A DNA stretch of 64,000 nucleotides from Giardia intestinalis. Its lineage: Eukaryota. Both the position numbers and the translations under genes were made by a program. A model generated the notes under the pieces. That model made no database searches, was not told where the DNA came from, and saw only the letters and a list, made by a program, of their open reading frames with translations. Where the stretch lies: the NCBI GenBank assembly GCA_000002435.2, contig CM018791.1. One strand, given 5' to 3'. Below, one piece after another: positions 57,091 through 64,000 of the stretch; within the stretch, counting starts at the first letter, position 1, and each line of letters opens with the position of its first letter.

Positions 57091-58171
57091 CTCCTCGTCA
57101 GGAGGTTCTTCATGCGTTCGGTGGCCTGGTCTTGTTCGGGGCCTCCTGGGAGCCGTCAGTAGTGAAGCATTGAAAGCATGCTGACAGGCGAGGATTCCCC
57201 CAACTGTGGTGTCTGCTAGTGTGCTTAGAAATGCTTCCACACTTCTATATAAAACATGTAGTAGCTTCATGTCCTTTATCAGGTGCTCGCGTGTGCATCA
57301 GAGGTCCTCGCTCTCGCTGTGATATCGGAGCATCTCCATTATGAGCACCGACAGATGGATGCCTGTCGTCGAGGCAGTTGATGGCTAGAGGCCCTGAGGT
57401 TCCTCCGAGGGCATGGAGTCCAGGGGTAACGGGGGCCCAGGTCTTATACTTGCCTCTGCTGCATGGTAGAGACCGTCCAGTTTTCCCAGGCTTTGAACAC
57501 GCCAGTGGCGGCCTAGCTGCTTTGCTCACTGATCTCCTCCAGGAGTTCTCTGAGAGCAAGAGTCAGAAGTCATATCTAAACACTTTTAACGAGCTTGGAA
57601 AGTGTCTGCCCCCGATGCCAGGCTCATTCCGAGTGTTGGCGCAGACAACAGCAAGAGTCCAGATGGAGTACCTGCACTCCGCCAAGGTTTAGCGTAGTGA
57701 TCTGGGACTTCCTATCGATCTTGAAACTGCAGAAGAGGTAGCAAAGAACTGCTGCCTCCGAACCAAGCTCATGAGATCTTACATATAATGGACGCAGCAA
57801 AGGCAATCCTGGTGGGAGAGACTTCTCGAACCGTAGCATCCGAAACTGTTGCCCATAATGAGGGTCCCTAGACAAAAGATGCAGGCGTGTCTGCCACAGA
57901 CCTTGGAAGTATGGACGACGTAGGTCAGAAAACGTACAGCTTTTTGACGAAGTGTACGTCCATGAGCCACTCCTTAGTTGGCGATGGGTCGGTTGGGGGA
58001 GAAACGCCACTAAGCTCGGCGGCTGCAATAGGCCATTAGCACACGCCTGTTCTCCATAGTAGAGAGATTAGCTGGAAAAAGCGCACGCGAGGGTCCCCAT
58101 GCTTCCCACCACTGCGGTATTCCTCATTCTGTCAGACGCTCGCCGGGCTGCTCTGTGAGCCTTGTGGAACC

Positions 58172-58249
58172 CTCCCCGAGATCCCTTGACTACCCACTCG
58201 CGGGTCCAGCAGTCGCTGTAGGCACAGAGCCGGGCACCGGCCTGCCGGC
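58172..58249. repeat. right arm of ~78-bp imperfect inverted repeat
   Basis: Reverse complement reads GCCGGCAGGCCGGTGCCCGGCTCTGTGCCTACAGCGACTGCTGGACCCGCGAGTGGG..., pairing with 57013..57090. Confidence 0.7.
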
Positions 58250-58395
58250 CTCGCTATCGCGCTCTCTTCCCGCGCCACCCGGGCTGGTGGATTCAGGGGA
58301 GCAGGTACCTGGCGCAGCGGCTCACTCGACCGGGCGTTCGAGAACAGTCACGGAGGTAACCCCGGCAACACAGAGTAAATCCAGGTTAAATAAAA

Positions 58396-59103
58396 ATGCA
58401 CAGCAACTATCACGCTCCTGTCAAATCAACGAGCCACGATGGGATATTATGTGCTCAACAGATAAACGAAGCCGTAGTTAACACAACAATCTCACAGCTA
58501 AAGGCAAAGATGGAAGAAAGCAAAGATGGATCACTACTCCCCATTATAGATGCATTGAAGGACTGCTGGCTTCTCGAGTTGGCAAAGCAGGACAGAGTGA
58601 GCATATCCCAGGGGATACTAAAGGAGCGGATAGCACGCCATGCACAGGTTCTGCGAAAAGAGGCAGGAACAAGATCAACAGAGATGCTCGTGCCTAACGA
58701 ACCAGACCGAGACCAGGATTGTCCACTGGCTGACACAAAACAGACAAGAAAACGTGGTCGGTTCAGAAGTCTCGATGGAGGTGCACCAAAGACCTATAAG
58801 CTGGAACATGAATCCGATTCTAGTGCACTTCAGCAGTTCAAAAGTCAGTTGCTGTTAAAAGACCAATGTCTTCCAGGGGACTGTCCACGGAATGTTATTT
58901 GTGGACAGTTGCAGATTAAAGAATTCAAGGAGCTAAACTCGATGCTTAGCTTGCCACCTGGTCGAAATGGGCCCTATTTTTTGAAAAATGGCTTCGCTAC
59001 GCTGAACGGTAAGACGGTGTACTTTCATAAATGCATACTAACAAGGGCCGGACGCTCTTTTTCTCATGATGCTGCTGAAGAGCCAGAGCTCAAACGGGAG
59101 TAA
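58396..59103 (+). CDS. hypothetical protein (235 aa)
   Basis: ATG ORF preceded by GTTAAATAAAA AT-rich tract; no recognisable motifs. Confidence 0.5.
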   Translation: MHSNYHAPVKSTSHDGILCAQQINEAVVNTTISQLKAKMEESKDGSLLPIIDALKDCWLLELAKQDRVSISQGILKERIARHAQVLRKEAGTRSTEMLVPNEPDRDQDCPLADTKQTRKRGRFRSLDGGAPKTYKLEHESDSSALQQFKSQLLLKDQCLPGDCPRNVICGQLQIKEFKELNSMLSLPPGRNGPYFLKNGFATLNGKTVYFHKCILTRAGRSFSHDAAEEPELKRE

Positions 59104-59145
59104 ATTCTCCTTTCTATAAATTTTACCTTCAGCTTTCATTGTTTA

Positions 59146-59670
59146 ATGCAGCATATATATCGGCGCATAATGGGCCTGTATAAGGGTGATTGCGAGCGGC
59201 TGCGAATACTGTGCAGAGAACACCTACTGTCTTCATCTCGTTCCAAGGAGGTTGAAAGTGGCCTTCGCTGCCGCCTATTGGTCCATTTCCCGCTCTTTGT
59301 TGAGTATAGTGAGAACCGTCCTGCAATTAAGAAGCGTGCCAAAATTGAGAAAGACCAATCTATTCTCGAAAACTATGATCTCGCATTTTACAAGAAGTGC
59401 AGCGCCGCATACTCGTTTCTTACCCCCAACAAGGTCGATATATACTATGAAGAGGAATTGCGGTGCGTTATCCCCAACGATATCAGAGACTTGTTCGGGA
59501 AGTCTGCAGAATGCCAAAGGTGTGTAAAGATAGGTCCAGCAGTTCCCAACAAAATGCACCCAAAGATGCAGCAAATTGATGACAAACTCGTTGATGCAGT
59601 TATTAAGGCGGTACAAAGACTACAAAAGGATATTGCCTCTACATCGCCGCAAGGCAGAACTAAAGAGTAG
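59146..59670 (+). CDS. hypothetical protein (174 aa)
   Basis: ATG ORF 42 bp after previous stop; longer than the overlapping alternative-frame ORF 59186..59527. Confidence 0.45.
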   Translation: MQHIYRRIMGLYKGDCERLRILCREHLLSSSRSKEVESGLRCRLLVHFPLFVEYSENRPAIKKRAKIEKDQSILENYDLAFYKKCSAAYSFLTPNKVDIYYEEELRCVIPNDIRDLFGKSAECQRCVKIGPAVPNKMHPKMQQIDDKLVDAVIKAVQRLQKDIASTSPQGRTKE

Positions 59671-59678
59671 GAAGCAGT

Positions 59679-60257
59679 TTAGACGGGGGTGATAACAAAA
59701 TACCCATAGCCATCCCTCAGACGCATGATTTCCTGATAGAATAGTTTTGCTTGCCGGGTCCAGATCTCCGGTCGGGGCACAATAGTCGGGGGCACATAAT
59801 AAAGGCCTCTCAGTACAGAATTATGACTCGCACTAGAAAAGCCCTCTATAACCGCCATAAAGGTCATCGTCAGAGTCAGCAGATTTGGGGAGATCAGAGC
59901 ATGGTCCAGCGTGAGGGTAAGTGCCACGTAATCCTTTGGAACCTGCAAGAAGTTGGTACGTACCTCGGTAAACGATGTCCTTTTATCAACAGAAAGCGTG
60001 AGGATGTTCTTAAGAGAGTGTGTTCCCATGGCTTTGAAAACAGAATAAGAAAGAGCTGGTGCGATAGTAGTCTCAGAAATGAGTCTCCGTGTCTCGTTAT
60101 CGTACGTCAACTTATCGTAGGGCGGGACGAGCTTCTTGAAGGCTAGATAAGAGGGCTTTCCAGAGGGAGAGTAAAGAACCACGGAGGAGTGGCGCTTAGA
60201 GGAGATCATGGTATACTTGTCTCCATCTATTTCGATGCCCATTGTCTCTTTAATCAT
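59679..60257 (-). CDS. hypothetical protein (~190 aa; start uncertain)
   Basis: ORF-track start 60386 is TTG; in-frame ATGs at 60317, 60257, 60242 and 60209; the region upstream of 60257 would otherwise overlap the divergent helicase ORF. Confidence 0.4.
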   Translation of the reverse strand: MIKETMGIEIDGDKYTMISSKRHSSVVLYSPSGKPSYLAFKKLVPPYDKLTYDNETRRLISETTIAPALSYSVFKAMGTHSLKNILTLSVDKRTSFTEVRTNFLQVPKDYVALTLTLDHALISPNLLTLTMTFMAVIEGFSSASHNSVLRGLYYVPPTIVPRPEIWTRQAKLFYQEIMRLRDGYGYFVITPV

Positions 60258-60316
60258 AAAGTGTATCCGTTTAGAAGAATTGTTTTTAATTTCAGCACTA
60301 GCAGTTCTGCGCCGCA

Positions 60317-61926
60317 TGCCGCTAGCGTTTAAGCGAACGAGAGATTTTATGCACACTGACCAACAGCCCGTCCTCCTGACTATCAAGAAGGCAAAGAATG
60401 GCTTAGGGGCAGGGACAACAACCAGGCACCCAACGGTGTCAGCACGACGAGAGTTCGAAGAGCTAATTAGTGCAATCCAGAAACTTCCGTTCAGCAGTCT
60501 TCTCCCAGCTCATTTCCACTTACTAGCTCGCACCATGGACGTTCGGGCCCTTGTGTCCAGCAGCTACTTCTTTCCACGTACTGTTGAAGACATCATGGAA
60601 TATATGGCCAATCCTTCTGTTGTATCAGCGATAAAGAACTTACTTCACAAGCTAGGTTACACCAGTCTACGTCCTATTCAACTAGCGTGTTTTGAACCGA
60701 TACTCCATCAGAGCTCGTGCATACTTGTCTCCAGAACAGCTACGGGAAAGACCTTCGCATATCTCTTCCCTCTTCTGCTTCGAGAAGGCTTTTTTAACAC
60801 GACTCAAGTGACTTCTTCACAGATACTGGTAATCTGTCCAACTAGACTTTTGTGTGAGCAGGTGACCACTGTGACACGCACCTGTCTTGCGACATTGGTG
60901 GAGCTCTGTCCGTGCCTTAAGTCATTCACTGTCTGCAGCGCGTATAGCGGACAGTCCCAGTCCCTCGTCAACACCTCTCTGGAGCTGGCCAACATGTTGG
61001 TAGCAACCCCTGGGATACTGACTAGTAGACAGTACATATTCACCGGATCCACTATTGTCCTCGATGAGTACGACGATCTTTTGGGTGGATCCTTTCTAGA
61101 GGATGTGAAGCAGATACTTAGAATTACAGGCGAACTGTGCTCTGCCCCAATAAATACATTTACTACCCTGACAAAAGGAATTCGGATAATGAGCACTTCT
61201 CCAAAAGAGATTCCATCAGCACAGTTCATATGTGTTTCAGCAACTATGACCGACGAAGCATTGGCTCAAGCAGAGTTCTTGGCTTCTTCTCTTTCAGGCT
61301 CCCTTCCCAGCCTAATAATACATGGATCTATAAATAAAATACCATCCAACATACAACACACTTACCTATTATCGAATCGAGCAGATACAGGTGCAATTGC
61401 CGAGGAAAAGTCTATAAGCAAGCTCCCCAGAGTCATTTTCTCAGGTAGAATAACGAGTATCTGGCACCTAAAACAACTACTAGAAGATAGAGCAATTAAA
61501 AGTGAAGAAGAGCTCATAGACATCGTTTCCTCAGGCTCGTTTTATTCGAAATGCATAGTCTTCTTTCTTTTACGTTCACGAATAGAGGAGAATTCCAGGA
61601 AAGAGCAGCAAGGAAAAACCATATTTAGGCTTCATGGAGAGATGCAGCAGGAGGTCCGTGATGAAATACTTGCACGGTTTTCGAAGGCGCCGCCCCACTC
61701 AGGGGCCGTTCTGTTTACCACCGATTTAGGAGCTCGTGGATTAGATAGCAAGGATGTAGACCTGGTTATTAGCATAGGACTGCCCCCAACGATAATATCA
61801 TTCATTCATAGAATTGGAAGAGCAGGGCGGATGGGCCAGAAAAGCCTGGCCGTAACTGTAGTTTCTAAGCGAACAGACTTCCTCAGGCAGATAGACGATT
61901 GCTTTGAGACCTCAACGTTTGAGTAA
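60317..61926 (+). CDS. DExD-box ATP-dependent RNA helicase (motif II variant DEYD)
   Basis: Q-motif region LRPIQ; motif I SRTATGKTF; Ia PTRLL; II LDEYDDLL; III SAT; VI HRIGRAGR. ORF extends 5' to an ATG at 60208, adding a 36-aa hydrophobic/basic N-terminal extension. Confidence 0.8.
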
Positions 61927-63744
61927 TATCTCCGAATAGGACATTATTGTCAAAGAGGCGACAAGAAAGAAGCAATAAGCACAAACATACAATATCAATC
62001 CGATTCGTAGATTGAAAAATAATATAGAGTCAACAATAAAGGATGCATCAGGCCCGTACGCCGCATAAAACTCTGTGTGAATGTATTGCGCATTGAGCAG
62101 CACAGCAGCAGTCATCATCAAAAAGGAATTGGCGTGAAGGAAATGGATTTCAAAGGAAGAAGTGTTCGAGACAATCGAGAAAGCTCGTACACAGTAGCTT
62201 ATAGAATGAAAGGTACAGTACACGCCGGCTATAGTGACTTTCCTGACCGAATCAAGAGACATTGTGGTGTTTAATGAGCCATCAACTATACACTTGGCTG
62301 GGACCAATAACTTCATGTGTGGATGGTTCGGATCGATATATGATGCAACTTTCTGGAAAGTGATTGGGCTGTCAATAAGGACACCACAGGTATCCAACTG
62401 AGAGGCGGCCGTAGTAGTTAGTGTGTGTATTAGATTGATAAAGGATACTCCAAGCATGTATGCATATGGAAATGAAGGGGCCGCTTCGCCTCTTCGGAAG
62501 TTATGCTCACTATGATTAGAACAGTATACTATACCAGGTCTGTCTCGCAGACGAATCAAGGTATAAGGTGTGGTAGACAGGCCCAGTAATAGGGTATCAA
62601 TTAAGAGAGATACATTTTGCGATTTAAGACTTTCAATGTATGCGCCTTCGATCCTAATTATCTCAGAGGCGCATGTCTTATCAGGAGTGGCTATAAGGAA
62701 GGGACTAATGTGTCCGAACGGGTCCAATTCCAAGTACTTACTGCCAACGTTCAAAGAAGTTATCTGTGAGCTACTGAATGTGAGAATGTCATGTGGGCTC
62801 ATCACGCCGGAAAAGCCATAAACGCGTCCACGTCCCTCTTCTAGTGCAGTCTCTAATGAGTCCGATGAAACACACTTGGAGATATCATAGCAATTAGTGG
62901 CAACAAGATTCAAATCGCCTATGAGGGCGCAGTCCAAGGTGAAAGATGTGTCTAAGATATCTGACGCAATATTAAGGCCTAGAAGACTGTTGGCCGGTGC
63001 ATAAGGCATATAACCACCGGTGGATACAATTATACCGGCAGTGCCCTTGTTGTTCAAGATTGTGCTTATAATGTAATAAAATGGAAGAGAGTTTGCAAAG
63101 ATAGGGCTAAATATTATGCTGAAACAAAAAACCGATAGAATAGTAAGAAAAATAACGATAGGATAAGGGTGTGCGCGGATATGTTGCCACACCTTAGACC
63201 AATTAGAGCGTTTGTTTCCGGAATCAGACGACAAAGTCCAGTGCCCACCTAGAATTGCTCTTAGATATCTTATTCCAAACCAGAAGGACATACATGCAAG
63301 CGTTAACGCCAAAACTAGGATCAACAGACCAAGAAGCATGCAAACAGCATTTAGTTGCACGTCTAGTTCTAGCTCTTTTACGACTATGCAATAAAAGGCA
63401 AACAGTCCAATTATGAGAAAGCATCCTAACAGCTTGGCAACAAGTATAGAAATAAGAACAAAGATATGTGGATGTTTTATGTGCGTGGCAGATCTTACAA
63501 TTGGACGCAGAACCCACATAAAAGAGTTGCTGATTAGTGAAATGCAGATAATCCAAGTGTCTAATTTTTGCATCCTTTTTCCGTGACTAAAACCATAAGC
63601 ATTATCTGCCCCTCTGAAACTAACCAATTTGACTGAGATCCATATGAAACTAAGAGCTAGAAGGGCTAGTGCACCAAGTGCAGACCCCGTTTTATACAGA
63701 ATGTGAAACCAGAGGTACTGTCGTGATGGCCCAAAGTTGGGCAT
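61912..63744 (-). CDS. multi-pass membrane protein, hypothetical (610 aa)
   Basis: ATG ORF; about 6 N-terminal TM helices, a ~320-aa soluble domain, and a C-terminal TM; its 3' end overlaps the helicase 3' end by 15 bp. Confidence 0.55.
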   Translation of the reverse strand: MPNFGPSRQYLWFHILYKTGSALGALALLALSFIWISVKLVSFRGADNAYGFSHGKRMQKLDTWIICISLISNSFMWVLRPIVRSATHIKHPHIFVLISILVAKLLGCFLIIGLFAFYCIVVKELELDVQLNAVCMLLGLLILVLALTLACMSFWFGIRYLRAILGGHWTLSSDSGNKRSNWSKVWQHIRAHPYPIVIFLTILSVFCFSIIFSPIFANSLPFYYIISTILNNKGTAGIIVSTGGYMPYAPANSLLGLNIASDILDTSFTLDCALIGDLNLVATNCYDISKCVSSDSLETALEEGRGRVYGFSGVMSPHDILTFSSSQITSLNVGSKYLELDPFGHISPFLIATPDKTCASEIIRIEGAYIESLKSQNVSLLIDTLLLGLSTTPYTLIRLRDRPGIVYCSNHSEHNFRRGEAAPSFPYAYMLGVSFINLIHTLTTTAASQLDTCGVLIDSPITFQKVASYIDPNHPHMKLLVPAKCIVDGSLNTTMSLDSVRKVTIAGVYCTFHSISYCVRAFSIVSNTSSFEIHFLHANSFLMMTAAVLLNAQYIHTEFYAAYGPDASFIVDSILFFNLRIGLILYVCAYCFFLVASLTIMSYSEILLKR

Positions 63745-64000
63745 CTTTTTAAGAAGTAAATTTATTCTGCCTGTGAGCTGCCGTGGTAAGTTATGGGACC
63801 AATTTTGTGTGCGGAGTCGGTATATGGAGCCCCACCTATGCAGTAGTATAACTGATGTCTAGCTATGCTTATACTGAACGTTTTAGCTGGTCTTAAGTGT
63901 CGAACTTGATCTTCAACAATAGAGCCGAAACCCTGGTATACTTTACAGCTCAGGCCATTTATTAGAGAGTTCTGTATCATTTAAGATGCGACAGTATCAT

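Larger units (their letters stand above)
57013..58249. mobile_element. candidate TIR-bounded (MITE/foldback-like) element or long hairpin locus, ~1.24 kb, no convincing internal ORF
   Basis: Terminal inverted repeats with abrupt boundaries inside a 1.75-kb ORF-poor gap; interior visibly GC-richer than flanking coding DNA; no obvious target-site duplication. Confidence 0.3.

Noticed and set aside
57378-57692. 104-aa plus-strand ORF in the desert as a bona fide gene
   Set aside because: The first half is P/R/G-rich junk-like, and it overlaps minus-strand ORFs of similar quality. It is kept only as a possible pseudogene remnant within the inverted-repeat-bounded segment.
61912-63744. STT3 oligosaccharyltransferase for the 610-aa polytopic protein
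   Set aside because: No WWDYG motif, and the topology (TMs at both ends flanking a soluble domain) does not match STT3.
1-64000. Prokaryotic systems (operons, CRISPR arrays, defence islands, RBS-driven gene clusters)
   Set aside because: All recognisable genes are eukaryotic (Mre11, PP5, USP14, V-ATPase G, NEK-ankyrin). Genes are on alternating strands with no functional clustering. No direct-repeat arrays were seen.

Overview
This window is eukaryotic and gene-dense, with about 30 protein-coding genes on both strands and no detectable introns. Intergenic spacers are short, typically 5-150 bp, and include convergent 3' overlaps and divergent start codons only 30-60 bp apart. Several lines of evidence point to a Giardia-like diplomonad chromosome core, and nothing prokaryotic (operons, CRISPR, defence islands) is present. 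The gene set includes a NEK-like kinase fused to TALM-type ankyrin repeats, a high-cysteine membrane protein, a cathepsin-like C1 protease, Mre11, a PP5-type phosphatase, a USP14/Ubp6-like deubiquitinase, V-ATPase subunit G and a TrmO/TsaA-family protein. GC content is intermediate. Short AT-rich tracts sit immediately 5' of ATGs, and AGTAAAY-like motifs lie 10-45 nt after several stop codons. There are four main observations. (1) A 5,730-aa single-exon ORF has an N-terminal TM anchor followed by a chorein-N-like motif resembling the BLTP1/Csf1/Tweek family of bridge-like lipid-transfer proteins. (2) A 1.75-kb ORF-poor gap, unusual for this architecture, contains a ~1.24-kb segment bounded by ~78-bp imperfect inverted repeats, which looks like a TIR/foldback element. 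(3) The NEK-ankyrin protein has degenerated catalytic motifs (a pseudokinase) next to an intact CAMK-like kinase elsewhere in the window. (4) A divergent pair of type-I surface proteins is present, one of them a bipartite HCMP. Five ORF-track starts are TTG/GTG (13272, 30155, 9480, 23092, 60386) and were moved to the next in-frame ATG. All family assignments are from motif-level reading without database searches, and small-motif coordinates may be off by 1-2 nt.
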